From the NCBI GenBank assembly GCA_021790335.1, contig JAJYEE010000012.1:299-64298 (forward strand): a stretch of 64,000 nt of DNA, given 5' to 3'. Positions 28,353 through 38,269 of this stretch are shown in pieces. Every line of letters starts with the position of its first letter. The first letter of the stretch is position 1. The translations under genes and the position numbers were made by a program. The stretch is from Pseudomonadota bacterium. GTDB lineage: Bacteria > Pseudomonadota > Gammaproteobacteria > Acidiferrobacterales > UBA6901. The notes under the pieces were generated by a model. The model did no database searches. It saw only the letters and a list, made by a program, of their open reading frames with translations, and had not been told where the DNA came from.

Positions 28353-29344
28353 TCCGTGCGTCTCACTTCCGAGGGTGCTGGCCCAGCCGCGGACCCTCCC
28401 ATGATGATGGCCATGATCGCCATGCGCACCGCGATGCCGTTCGTTACCTGGGGAAGAATGACCGATTGCGGGCCGTCTGCGACGGCGGAGTCAATCTCTA
28501 GTCCCCGGTTCATCGGTCCCGGATGCATGATGATTGCATCCGGTTTGGCATAGGCAAGTTTTTCCTGTGTCAGACCGAACAGGTTGAAATATTCCTGCTC
28601 GCTCGGGATCAGCGCGCCATTCATTCGTTCGCGCTGAAGCCGAAGCGTAATGATGACGTCAGCGCCGTCCAAGCCGGTCTTTATGTCAGTGAACACCCGC
28701 ACGCCCAGTCTTTCGATCGCGGTCGGCAACAGCGTCATGGGAGCCACCACCCGCACGTCCGCGGCGCCAAGCGTGGTGAGGGCGTGAATCTGGGAACGCG
28801 CCACACGCGAGTGCAGGATGTCGCCCACGATTGCAACCCGCAGGTTTTCAAACGGCCCCTTGTAGCGCCGGATGGTAAACATGTCGAGCAGACCCTGGGT
28901 CGGATGGGCATGGCGACCATCTCCGGCGTTGATGATGTGCACGTGCGCGGGAACGTGTTGGGCAATCAGGTGTGCGGCCCCGGATTCCCGGTGCCGCACC
29001 ACGAAAAGATCAGTATGCATCGCCTCCAGATTGCGCACCGTATCGAGCAGGGTTTCCCCTTTGGTAGTGGACGAGGCGGCAGGATTGAGGTTGATTACGT
29101 CAGCCGACAGGCGTTTGCCGGCTATTTCGAAGGTCGTGCGTGTTCGCGTGCTGGACTCGAAAAAAAGATTTACCACGGTCTTGCCGCGCAGCAGCGGCAG
29201 CTTCTTGATCTCGCGCTCGCCAACCGAGATGAACGATTCGGCGGTATTGAGTATCTCGAGTATTGTCTGTCGCGGCAGTCCTTCGATAGTAAGCAGATGG
29301 CGCAGGCGGCCCTGGCCGTCGAATTGCAGGTCGCCGTGCGTCAA
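28349..29344 (-). CDS. pyrB: aspartate carbamoyltransferase catalytic subunit
   Basis: [17 protein letters not shown] and HPGP motifs. Confidence 0.95.
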   Translation of the reverse strand: MTHGDLQFDGQGRLRHLLTIEGLPRQTILEILNTAESFISVGEREIKKLPLLRGKTVVNLFFESSTRTRTTFEIAGKRLSADVINLNPAASSTTKGETLLDTVRNLEAMHTDLFVVRHRESGAAHLIAQHVPAHVHIINAGDGRHAHPTQGLLDMFTIRRYKGPFENLRVAIVGDILHSRVARSQIHALTTLGAADVRVVAPMTLLPTAIERLGVRVFTDIKTGLDGADVIITLRLQRERMNGALIPSEQEYFNLFGLTQEKLAYAKPDAIIMHPGPMNRGLEIDSAVADGPQSVILPQVTNGIAVRMAIMAIIMGGSAAGPAPSEVRRTE

Positions 29345-29859
29345 TCGGCCACCTGCTGAAGCGTAAGCGTTAGGGGATCTGGACCGACGAGCTTGATATG
29401 TTCGCCCTTTTCGAGCTTAAGCGTGTGTCCAATTACCTGGGCCGCGATCGGCAGCTCGCGTCCGTCTCGGCATATCAGTACGGCCAGGCTCACCGACGCG
29501 GGGCGACCGTAGTCGAAAATCTCGTTCAATGCCGCGCGTACAGTCCGCCCGGTGTGCAAAACGTCGTCCACAAGTATTACGTGGCGATCCTCCAGATTTA
29601 CCGGCAAATTCGAAGTTTTGACCTGTGGATTGACGCCCACCCGCGTGAAGTCATCCCGATAAAAGGAAATGTCCAGGGTTCCAAGCATCTCGGTCAGACC
29701 CAGGGCCCGGTGCAGACGGGTCGCAACCCAAACACCGCCGGTATGGACCCCGATCATGATGGGATTGAGCGCAAGCAGAGGCTTCAGCTCATCCACCATG
29801 TACGCCAGCGTAGCCTCGATATCAATTGTTTGAAGCATGTCTTGCATCTCTCTGTTCAT
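29341..29859 (-). CDS. pyrR: bifunctional pyr operon regulator / uracil phosphoribosyltransferase PyrR
   Basis: PRTase motif [17 protein letters not shown]. Start ambiguous (ATGs at 29859, 29847 and 29838, all overlapping the ruvX 3' end). Confidence 0.9.
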   Translation of the reverse strand: MNREMQDMLQTIDIEATLAYMVDELKPLLALNPIMIGVHTGGVWVATRLHRALGLTEMLGTLDISFYRDDFTRVGVNPQVKTSNLPVNLEDRHVILVDDVLHTGRTVRAALNEIFDYGRPASVSLAVLICRDGRELPIAAQVIGHTLKLEKGEHIKLVGPDPLTLTLQQVAD

Positions 29860-30265
29860 CGAGAAACGCCTGCAGAATCGTCTGTGCCGCCAGCCTGTCA
29901 AGCTTCGATTTGTGCCGCTTCGAGGGCACGCCAGCTTCCACAAGGGCGTTTTTTGCCGCCACCGAGGTGAGCCGTTCATCGACCAAATGCACCGGCAGAT
30001 TGTATCGGGCCCGCAACCGATTACCAAACTTCTTCGCAGCGCGCGTCATGTCGTTCTCGCTGTCATCCATGTTCAGCGGCAGCCCAACCACCAGGGCACA
30101 TGGCCGCCACTCGTCGATCAAACGCGTAATGTGGTCCCAGTCCGGCAATTCGTTGCGCGCGGTAACCGTATCCAGGGCCTGGGCGAGACGTGATGCAGAC
30201 CGGCCGACTGCCACGCCAATGTGTTTTTTGCCGAAATCGAAGCCGAGGTAGGTGTCGACCCTCAA
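29822..30265 (-). CDS. ruvX: YqgF/RuvX putative pre-16S rRNA nuclease
   Basis: YLGFDFGKKHIGVAVG...LVVGLPLNMDDSE...VHLVDERLTS. TTG start overlaps the yqgE stop (TTGA). Confidence 0.9.
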   Translation of the reverse strand: MRVDTYLGFDFGKKHIGVAVGRSASRLAQALDTVTARNELPDWDHITRLIDEWRPCALVVGLPLNMDDSENDMTRAAKKFGNRLRARYNLPVHLVDERLTSVAAKNALVEAGVPSKRHKSKLDRLAAQTILQAFLDEQRDARHASNN

Positions 30266-30831
30266 GCGTGTCCCGCTTCTTCGGACAGGGCCGCAAAGTC
30301 TATGCCCAGCAGGTTTGCCGCGGCGCCCCAGCGCTGTTCTGCGGGCATTTCGAAAAGAATCGACCGGTCGGCAGGTCCGCTGAGCCAGGCATTCTCCGCG
30401 ATTTCGCGCTCCAGCTGGCCTGGTGCCCAGCCGGCGTAGCCGAGGGCGAGAAATGAATATTGCGGCCCGCGGTTCTGGGCAATGGCCACGAGTATGTCGC
30501 GCGAAGTCGATACCCCGAGCGTGTCGGAGACCGGAAGGGTGGATTCCCAGTTTCCGAGTGGCTCGTGGACGACGAAACCACGACTGCCCTGCACAGGCCC
30601 GCCCAGATGTACGGGAAGATCCAGCGAAGCCACCTCGATGCCCTCGATGTCCAGCTGCTGGAGGACCTCGCGTAGCCGCAGATCAGTGGGACGGTTAATG
30701 ATCAAACCCATGGCGCCTTCACTGGAATGTTCACAGATCAACGTAACCGTGCGCGAGAAATTCGGATCCGCGAGGTTCGGCATCGCGATCAGGAAATGAT
30801 TAGTCAAGCAGGCCATGTCGCCCATGGGCAT
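30262..30831 (-). CDS. yqgE: YqgE/AlgH family protein
   Basis: NHFLIAMPNLADPNFSRTVTLICEHSSEGAMGLIINRP matches AlgH/YqgE. Start uncertain (30831, 30825 or 30816). Confidence 0.85.
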   Translation of the reverse strand: MPMGDMACLTNHFLIAMPNLADPNFSRTVTLICEHSSEGAMGLIINRPTDLRLREVLQQLDIEGIEVASLDLPVHLGGPVQGSRGFVVHEPLGNWESTLPVSDTLGVSTSRDILVAIAQNRGPQYSFLALGYAGWAPGQLEREIAENAWLSGPADRSILFEMPAEQRWGAAANLLGIDFAALSEEAGHA

Positions 30832-30879
30832 AGTATCGGGCAGGGTGCGGCACCGGCGCAAGTCGCACGCGGGGCTAGA

Positions 30880-31863
30880 TTAGGGTCTGGCGCTCGTTAC
30901 GGTTGCGTCTGAAAACTTCCAGGTGCGGATAATGTGCAAAATATCGGTGTTGGCCCGGATATTTGGCGGCAGCGGGGCGAATGGTGCTGCCAGCCCCACG
31001 ATCCGGATAGCGGCATCATCCAGCACCTTGTGTCCCGAGCTGCGCAGCACCCTGATCCGGTAAACGCTGCCATTGGCCCGGATCGCCACGTCCAGCACCA
31101 GGTCTCCCGAAATATGGCGATGTAGCGCCCGCGCCGGGTAGTTCAGATTGCCGACGCGCTCCACCTTTGCGACCCACGCATCCATATAGGCCGCATACTT
31201 GTATTTTAGTGTGCGTGCATCGATGTACTTCTGGCGCGGAAGTTTTTCATACTGCTGCCAGGAACGGCTGATTTCCGCGCTCAGGTGGGCACGTTCGCGT
31301 TCGAGCCTCGCCAGCTCTGCAAGGCCCGGGGAAGCATGACCGGTCTGTCTTTGCCGCCGCGACGGTCGCGGTTGCGGGCTGGTTATGGCAAAGCCGGCTG
31401 CGTCATCGGTCAGGAGGGCGGCGAGCCTGCTCACGCTTCGCACCGGCGTCTGGGCGCTGGCATGGGCGACCGGAATGCGGTTGTTCCTGTCGCTCAGCTC
31501 CATAGCGGGCAGCGGTGTGCGTGCGATGTCCGGCCGCCTGCTATTGCCGCCGCCGTCCTGGTTTGCCTGCGCCAGGAAATCGGGGTGGTCAGGTGCATGA
31601 TCGCTGCGGGTCTGAACCAAAGTGATTTCAAGGGTGTCGAGACCTGGCATACGGACCTTTGTCGCAGAGAAGGTAATGCCAAGAATGACAACCATGTGCA
31701 CCAGAATCGATACGAAGATGGCGAGTCCGAAGCGGTCGGAGTCTGAGAAGCCGGCAGCAGCCTGCACTGCGTCATCGAAGGAGTCGCCGGCAACAGGATC
31801 CGGAGCACGTGCGGAGGCCACTGATTCCATTTCAGCTGCAGCGCGCATGGTGCGAGACAGCAT
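30880..31863 (-). CDS. TonB-family energy transducer (TonB3-like position)
   Basis: One N-terminal TM (FGLAIFVSILVHMVVILGI). TonB C-terminal domain YPARALHRHISGDLVLDVAIRANGSV..IRVLRSSGHKVLDDAA. An alternative ATG at 31830 lies 1 nt after the gshB stop. Confidence 0.75.
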   Translation of the reverse strand: MLSRTMRAAAEMESVASARAPDPVAGDSFDDAVQAAAGFSDSDRFGLAIFVSILVHMVVILGITFSATKVRMPGLDTLEITLVQTRSDHAPDHPDFLAQANQDGGGNSRRPDIARTPLPAMELSDRNNRIPVAHASAQTPVRSVSRLAALLTDDAAGFAITSPQPRPSRRQRQTGHASPGLAELARLERERAHLSAEISRSWQQYEKLPRQKYIDARTLKYKYAAYMDAWVAKVERVGNLNYPARALHRHISGDLVLDVAIRANGSVYRIRVLRSSGHKVLDDAAIRIVGLAAPFAPLPPNIRANTDILHIIRTWKFSDATVTSARP

Positions 31864-32779
31864 CCAGCAGTTGCGCGCTGATATTTAGCCCGTAGATGGC
31901 GTCCAGCTCGCGTATGCAAGTGGGGCTGGTCACGTTGATCTCGGTCAGGTAATTCCCGATAACGTCCAGCCCCGCGAACAGGATTCCCTTCGCGCTAAGC
32001 ACGGGTCCTACCTGTTCGCAGATCCAGCGGTCATGTCCGCTCAACGCGCGCCCCTCCGGGCGCGCGCCTGCGGCGAGATTCCCGCGGCTCTCGCCCTCCA
32101 GCGGTATCCGGGCAAGCGCATAGGGGATGGGTTCGCCGTTGATCATCAGTATGCGTTTGTCTCCCTCGCGGATCTCTGGAATGTAGCGCTGCGCCATTGC
32201 CATGCGCGATCCCAGTGCGGTGAGGGTCTCGATGGCCACGCTGACATTGGGATCGTCGTAGCGTAGGCGGAATACGGATGCTCCGCCCATCTGGTCGAGG
32301 GGTTTCAGCACGATATCTTTCTGCTCACGCAGGAAGGCTCGCAGATCCACAGCATTGCGTGTTACTAGGGTCGGCGGTGTGCACTGTGGAAACCATGCCG
32401 TGAACAGCTTCTCATTGGCGTCACGCAGGCTCTGCGGTTTGTTCACCACCAGTACTCCATGCGATTCAGCCAGCTCAAGCAGATACGTGCTGTAGATATA
32501 TTCCATGTTGAACGGCGGATCCTTGCGCATCAGGATGGCGTCGAACTCATCCAGCGGCCGTGTCTGTTTCGCGTCGCATTGGTACCACGGAGTGCGGTCA
32601 CGGTGCACCACTATGCGGCGGCTGTGTCCGAGCGCGCGGCCGTCGCGCAGAAAAAGGTCGGCCTGTTCAAGGTATGCGATCTGCCAGCCGCGAGCCTGCG
32701 CCTCGAGCATCATGGCGTAGGTGCTGTCTTTCTTGATATTGATGGATTCAACCGCGTCCATCACGATCCCCAGTCTCAT
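31832..32779 (-). CDS. gshB: glutathione synthetase
   Basis: Prokaryotic GshB pattern: MRLGIVMD...INIKKDSTYAMMLEAQARG and an ATP-grasp C-terminal half. Confidence 0.95.
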   Translation of the reverse strand: MRLGIVMDAVESINIKKDSTYAMMLEAQARGWQIAYLEQADLFLRDGRALGHSRRIVVHRDRTPWYQCDAKQTRPLDEFDAILMRKDPPFNMEYIYSTYLLELAESHGVLVVNKPQSLRDANEKLFTAWFPQCTPPTLVTRNAVDLRAFLREQKDIVLKPLDQMGGASVFRLRYDDPNVSVAIETLTALGSRMAMAQRYIPEIREGDKRILMINGEPIPYALARIPLEGESRGNLAAGARPEGRALSGHDRWICEQVGPVLSAKGILFAGLDVIGNYLTEINVTSPTCIRELDAIYGLNISAQLLDAVSHHARCS

Positions 32780-32826
32780 GCTTGAGCTCCGTGCGCGTTA
32801 CCTGTCAGCGTGGGAATGGTGCGAGG

Positions 32827-34131
32827 TCAGCCGCCAAGCGACACCTCGTGCAGCTCGCGCGCGGCGGCAAGAAGCGCCAGACGTGCGATGACGCCGTAGG
32901 CGTAAAACCGGTTTGGCTGCGCATCCGGCGCACGGCTATGATCGGGATGGGTGCACGAATCCTCGAATGCGAGCGCCTCAAAGCTCATTCCGGGCATATT
33001 CAGGTTTTCATCGCGCCCGCGGCCGGGATGCACTCGGTAGAAACCGCCGACGACGTAACGGTCGATCATGTAGACCACAGGTTCGGCAGTTGCCTGCCTC
33101 TCGCCCCAGGTTTCAAAGGTGTAGACACCCTCTTGGACAATGACATCATTGACCAGATGGCCTTCCTTGCCGCGCGCCATTTTCGTACGCTGTTTGCGGT
33201 TGAGTTCGCGCAATTGGTCGATGCTGTGCACTGTCATGATGTTCATTCCGTAGGTACCGGCGTCGGCCTTCACGATGACGAACGGTTGCTGGTCGATGCC
33301 ATATTCGCGGTATTTCTGGGTGATCTGCTCAAGCACCGCGGCTACGTTGGTCACCAGGCACTCTTCTCCCAGGCGCTGCTGGAAGTCGATCTGCCCGCAA
33401 TTCCGGAATATCGGGTCAACCAGCCAAGGGTCTATGGCGACAAGCCGGGCGAATTCCCCGGCCACGCGCCGATAATGGGTGAAATGACTTGATTTCAGTC
33501 GGTTGGACCACCCTAATGCGAGCGGCGGAACCACAGTCTGGTCCAGGTTCTCCAGGATCGCTGGCCGCCCACCGGACATATCGTTGTTGAGCAGGACGAA
33601 GCAGGGTGTAAAGTCGCCGACGCGCAGCTGATTGTTTTCGCGCACCAGCGGCTCAAGAACAACGCTGCTTCCGGAGGGGAGCGTTATTGGCAGCGGTTCC
33701 TTTAGATCCGCAATTAGAGAGCCAACGCGCACCTGGATTCCGGCCATCTCCAGGATTCTCTTCAGGGCGGCCAGGCTCTCGAGATAGAACAGGTTGCGGG
33801 TGTGGCTCTCGGGCACGAGCAAAATGCGGCGGGCCTTGGGACAGTAGTGCTCCATTGCGGATTGTGTTGCCTGCACACAAAGCGGTAAAAATGCCGGATT
33901 CAGGTTGTTGAATCCCGCCGGAAACAGATTGGTGTCGACCGGGGCAAGCTTGAAGCCCGCATTACGCAGGTCGACCGAGGCATAAAACGGGGCCTTCGTT
34001 TCCTGCCATTGCCCGCGCAACCACTGCTCGATGTCGCCCTGATGGCTGAGCAGGTGTTCCTCCAGCTGCTGAAGCGGACCAGTCAGGGCGGTGGTCAGAT
34101 GGGGCACGGCATGCAGGTGTTCAATGGCCAT
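32827..34131 (-). CDS. gshA: glutamate--cysteine ligase (non-enterobacterial, Acidithiobacillus-type family)
   Basis: FYASVDLRNAGFKLAPVDTNLFPAGFNNL... pattern as I remember it for the short proteobacterial GshA family. Adjacent to gshB. ATG at 34131 preferred over 34218. Confidence 0.8.
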   Translation of the reverse strand: MAIEHLHAVPHLTTALTGPLQQLEEHLLSHQGDIEQWLRGQWQETKAPFYASVDLRNAGFKLAPVDTNLFPAGFNNLNPAFLPLCVQATQSAMEHYCPKARRILLVPESHTRNLFYLESLAALKRILEMAGIQVRVGSLIADLKEPLPITLPSGSSVVLEPLVRENNQLRVGDFTPCFVLLNNDMSGGRPAILENLDQTVVPPLALGWSNRLKSSHFTHYRRVAGEFARLVAIDPWLVDPIFRNCGQIDFQQRLGEECLVTNVAAVLEQITQKYREYGIDQQPFVIVKADAGTYGMNIMTVHSIDQLRELNRKQRTKMARGKEGHLVNDVIVQEGVYTFETWGERQATAEPVVYMIDRYVVGGFYRVHPGRGRDENLNMPGMSFEALAFEDSCTHPDHSRAPDAQPNRFYAYGVIARLALLAAARELHEVSLGG

Positions 34132-34576
34132 GATGGTCAGTTCCCGGTTGATTCTGGCCGATGGTAGCGTATCTGGTGCGGCGGCAAAAACAAACTCCGC
34201 AGGACACCCTTTTGGCATGTTTCATGCTTTAATTTTCTTGTCGCACCGGCCGGGGTCGGCTCGTAGCCCAACCGGCATGCGACGAGCCCCCGGCATCTGT
34301 CAGTTAAGCCGCAAGGCATATGCTGTGTTCGCTGTGGCAGGCTCTTTACCCTCCCGGGGCTTATGGGGCGGCCGGGGGCCAAATGATCCCGGAAGCCTCC
34401 GACCGGGATGTTATCGTGCCTTATGCGCGATGGATTTTGACAATCTTTTGTGCTACTAAATCATTATCCTACAAAAAAAACCAGAGAAAACACCTTTAAA
34501 AACGGGCAGGAGCGGCAGCTGCCATCTAGAATACGAAGTTGATACGCACAGATAAAGGTCAGGGCGGAGTAGGATC

Positions 34577-34942
34577 TTGAACATTAAGGTGATGATCATA
34601 GACGACAGCAACACCATACGTCGTACCGCCGAGGCGTTGCTGAAAAAGGCTGGCTATGAGGTGTATACCGCGTCGGATGGCTTTGAGGCGATGTCAATGA
34701 TTACCGATCACCGGCCCGACATCATTTTTGTCGACATCATGATGCCGCGGCTTGACGGATATCAGACCTGTCAGCTGATCAAGAACAACAAGAAATTCAA
34801 GGACACGCCAGTCATCATGCTATCGAGCCGGGACGGACTTTTCGATCGTGCGCGTGGGCGGATAGCAGGCTCGCAGGAGCACATCAACAAGCCGTTTACG
34901 CAGGAAGAGCTTATTGAGGTGATCAACAAGTACGTTCACTAG
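34577..34942 (+). CDS. pilG: CheY-like response regulator PilG
   Basis: Near-collinear with P. aeruginosa PilG (VMIIDDSNTIRRTAEALLKKAG...FVDIMMPRLDGYQTCQLIKNN..FK.TPVIMLSS.DGLFD...GR). TTG start with GGAG 8 nt upstream. Confidence 0.9.
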   Translation: MNIKVMIIDDSNTIRRTAEALLKKAGYEVYTASDGFEAMSMITDHRPDIIFVDIMMPRLDGYQTCQLIKNNKKFKDTPVIMLSSRDGLFDRARGRIAGSQEHINKPFTQEELIEVINKYVH

Positions 34943-34993
34943 CAGACCGGCGGGAATCTGGAAAACGACATACGCGAAAGAGGTAATTGGGAA

Positions 34994-35356
34994 ATGGCGA
35001 TTAAGAAAGTGCTGGTGGTGGACGATTCGCCTACTGAGGTGCATCTGTTGCGCCAAATGCTGTCGAAAAACGGTTTCACGGTTTCCTCCGCATCGAGCGG
35101 AGAGGAAGCGATAGTCAAGGCCAAAGCCGAGAAACCGGATTTGATTCTGATGGATGTTGTCATGCCCGGCATGAGCGGATTCGAGACTACGCGCAGCATT
35201 ACCAGGGATCCGCAAACCGCGGGTATCCCAGTGATCATCTGTACGACCAAGGGTCAGGAAACTGACAAGGCGTGGGGACTGCGTCAGGGGGCAAAGGACT
35301 ACATTGTCAAACCAGTCACCGAGGCGGTGCTGATGGAAAAAATCAAGGCGCTTTAA
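34994..35356 (+). CDS. pilH: CheY-like response regulator PilH
   Basis: VLVVDDSPTE...LILMDVVMPGMSGFE...DYIVKP. Second receiver gene of the cluster. Confidence 0.9.
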   Translation: MAIKKVLVVDDSPTEVHLLRQMLSKNGFTVSSASSGEEAIVKAKAEKPDLILMDVVMPGMSGFETTRSITRDPQTAGIPVIICTTKGQETDKAWGLRQGAKDYIVKPVTEAVLMEKIKAL

Positions 35357-35899
35357 ATGGCATTGCCCATCCAAGATCCGCTGAGCCTGCTGCACAAGAT
35401 GCAGCTCGCGAGCCGCATGAGTGCACCAGGTCTGCCAGAACAGGCGCAGACCGTGGAACTGTGGTCGGGTCTTGGTTTCCGGGTGGCCGGGATGACGCTA
35501 GTTACGCCACTCGATCAGGTGTCGGAAGTACTGCCCTGTCCGGCCATCACGCTGGTACCTGGGACGTGCCGGTGGGTAAAGGGCATCGCCAATGTCCGCG
35601 GCAACCTGTTTACGGTCGTCGATCTGCCTGAATATTTCGGCAAGGATTCGGTGATTATGGGTGAGCGTGCCAGGTTGCTGATCATGAACGTTGCAAATCT
35701 CAACACTGCGCTGCTCGTTAATGAGGTGCTCGGATTGAGGCATTTCGACGAGGAGCAGGAGCGCCACGACGTTTCCGGTCTGGACGATCCGGTGCTTGCG
35801 CATGTGCATGGAGCATTTCTGCGGGATGGCACACTTTGGGGAGTATTCGATATGCATTCCCTTGCCGGGAGCGAAACCTTCAATAATGTGGCGGCCTAG
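35357..35899 (+). CDS. pilI: CheW-like coupling protein PilI
   Basis: CheW domain WVKGIANVRGNLFTVVDL...LVNEVLGL. Starts 1 nt after the pilH stop. Confidence 0.85.
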   Translation: MALPIQDPLSLLHKMQLASRMSAPGLPEQAQTVELWSGLGFRVAGMTLVTPLDQVSEVLPCPAITLVPGTCRWVKGIANVRGNLFTVVDLPEYFGKDSVIMGERARLLIMNVANLNTALLVNEVLGLRHFDEEQERHDVSGLDDPVLAHVHGAFLRDGTLWGVFDMHSLAGSETFNNVAA

Positions 35900-36049
35900 C
35901 CGGCAGGTGAGAGGGACTGCGGCCGGCGCCGGTCTGCCGCAGCCAGGGTATAGAGGAAAGCGGTGCGCGGCCAGAACCGCGTCGCATCGAATTGGGGCGG
36001 GATTTGACATGGCGGAATTCAACTGTACGGGAGTCTCTGTCGAGATGAG

Positions 36050-38191
36050 GTGCATAGTATGGCTATCGTGAAATTGCCCAAAGTAGGCAGGGCCAATGCC
36101 GGGCAGGTCGACCAGGACAACGCCGGAGGGCTGCAAGGCCAGGACACTCCGGATGTGGGCGAGGAGTACATCGAGGTCCAGACCGGGGGACGTTCGGGCG
36201 CAGGGGTCAGGGATTTCGGCAGACTGGTGACTGGCCTGCCGTTTCTTCTGGTCGGCATGGTGCTGTCATTCATCGCCGTGGCCTGGCTATTCGCATCAAG
36301 CGCCCAGGAGGCGGACCGCGATTCCAAGTATGTCGCCCAATCCAGCGAGCTGCTCATGCTCTCGCAACGCATCGCAAAAGATGCGCGCGAGTCTGTGTAC
36401 GGCCAGGAAGATGCGTTCCCGACGCTCAAGTCGTCACGTGATACGTTTGCGAACATCATCAACAATCTGACCAAGGGCAATTCGAAGCTCGGCATACCTC
36501 CTAGTCCGCCGCAGGTGGCGCCAGCCTTGAGAGCGCTCACAGTGAAGTGGGCCAAAACACGCAGAAATGTCGACCAGATTCTCAGCCAGGAGGACGCGGT
36601 GCTGACTCTGCGTGATCACGTAGTCGGAATCAATCAGGCGGTCCCGATGCTTCTGGCGCTCACCGACGAGGTGGCGTCCCAGGCAATCAAGGACCACGTC
36701 AAGGACAGGGTAGTCTACCTTGCAACGCGGCAGGGGATGCTGAGCGAGCGAATTGCCAAGGACGTGAATCTGTTTGCCCAGGGCGGTTCCGAGGCGGCTG
36801 TGGCCGCCGCACAATTCGGCAGGGATACCAAACTGTTTCGCGATACTGAAGCAAAACTGCACACCGAGCTTCCGGCCAACGTGGATACAAAGCTGCAGGA
36901 AGTGGATGGTGTCTACCAGGCGCTGAACGCGCACGTCACCGGCATTCTCGGCATTGCCGCCGAACTGTTTGTTTCGCAACGGGCGAGCCAGGAGGTGTTC
37001 GAGCAGAGTGATCCGCTCCTGAATTCGGCCAAGGGGCTGGTTGCCAGCTATACGGCGCTGTCCCGGGAGCGCAAGGCTAGCAGGATCCTGAGCTATGTCA
37101 TGGCCGGCGTATCGTTCTTGTTCCTGCTGCTGGTGGGCCGCAAGCTTGTCAACGACCAGCGCGATCGTGCGCGGGTGAGCTCCGAACAGAACCGTACTAC
37201 CCAGGACGCCATTCTCAAACTGCTTGACGAGATGGGCAATCTGGCCGACGGTGACCTGACGATCCAGCCGGAGGTCACTGAACAGATCACCGGAGCGATC
37301 GCCGACTCCATCAATTTCGCGGTCAAGGAGATGCGCAGTTTGGTCATGCGCATCAAGGCGGCCGCACAGCAGGTGGCGGTGGCGAGCGAGCGCAGCCGCC
37401 AGACGGCGAACGAACTTACGCAGGCGGCAACGCGCCAGGCGGCCCAGATCGCCGAAACGACGGAACGCGTGAAATCGATGGCGAAGTCGATGCAGGAAAT
37501 GTCGCTCAGCGCCGAGAAGTCGGCGGAGGTGGCGCAGGGTTCGGTGAATACCGCCAAACGCGGTGCCGAGGCCGTGCAAAACACCATCCACGGTATGGAC
37601 GAAATGCGCGAGCAGATCCAGGAAACAGCAAAGCGCATCAAACGCCTCGGCGAGTCCTCGCAGCAGATCGGCGAAATCGTGGAGCTGATCAACGACATCG
37701 CCGAGCAAACGAACATCTTGTCGCTTAACGCTGCGATTCAGGCAGCGATGGCCGGGGAGGCCGGACGCGGCTTCGCGGTGGTCGCTGACGAAGTGCAGCG
37801 GCTTGCGGAGCGCTCCGGAGAGGCGACCAAGCAGATTGCTGATCTCGTGAAGACCATTCAGGCCGATACGAACGAGGCGGTCGCGTCCATGGAACAGGCG
37901 ACCAAGGGGGTAGTCGAGGGTACGCGTCTGGCGGACGCCGCAGGGCAGGCGCTCAGCGAGATCGAGTCCGTGTCGGAGCAGCTCTCGGGACTGATTGTCG
38001 GTATTTCCCGCGTCGCTTACCAACAATCCGAGACAGCCACTGCCGTATCTCAGAACATGGGCCAGATTCAGGAGGCCACTACGCTCACCTCAACGGGCAC
38101 GCGTCAGACGGCTGAATCCATTGGCAAACTGTCTGATCTGGCGCGTGAGTTGCAGGCCTCGGTGGCCGGCTTCAAGCTGCCGGCCGCGTGA
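36050..38191 (+). CDS. pilJ: methyl-accepting chemotaxis protein PilJ
   Basis: Two TMs flanking a large periplasmic domain, a HAMP domain, and the conserved signalling hairpin [40 protein letters not shown]. Confidence 0.9.
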   Translation: MHSMAIVKLPKVGRANAGQVDQDNAGGLQGQDTPDVGEEYIEVQTGGRSGAGVRDFGRLVTGLPFLLVGMVLSFIAVAWLFASSAQEADRDSKYVAQSSELLMLSQRIAKDARESVYGQEDAFPTLKSSRDTFANIINNLTKGNSKLGIPPSPPQVAPALRALTVKWAKTRRNVDQILSQEDAVLTLRDHVVGINQAVPMLLALTDEVASQAIKDHVKDRVVYLATRQGMLSERIAKDVNLFAQGGSEAAVAAAQFGRDTKLFRDTEAKLHTELPANVDTKLQEVDGVYQALNAHVTGILGIAAELFVSQRASQEVFEQSDPLLNSAKGLVASYTALSRERKASRILSYVMAGVSFLFLLLVGRKLVNDQRDRARVSSEQNRTTQDAILKLLDEMGNLADGDLTIQPEVTEQITGAIADSINFAVKEMRSLVMRIKAAAQQVAVASERSRQTANELTQAATRQAAQIAETTERVKSMAKSMQEMSLSAEKSAEVAQGSVNTAKRGAEAVQNTIHGMDEMREQIQETAKRIKRLGESSQQIGEIVELINDIAEQTNILSLNAAIQAAMAGEAGRGFAVVADEVQRLAERSGEATKQIADLVKTIQADTNEAVASMEQATKGVVEGTRLADAAGQALSEIESVSEQLSGLIVGISRVAYQQSETATAVSQNMGQIQEATTLTSTGTRQTAESIGKLSDLARELQASVAGFKLPAA

Positions 38192-38269
38192 GGAGTGCAA
38201 CCGCGAATGCATAGCCAGCTGCGTGCCAACCGCGGAGACTGCAGCGTTTGGGCATGACTTTCTGATCCT

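Noticed and set aside
34213-34228. Second sigma-54-like motif, TGGCATG-TTTC-ATGCT, upstream of pilG.
   Set aside because: It has two mismatches, one of them in the -12 element. It lies 350 nt from pilG and overlaps the possible gshA 5' end.
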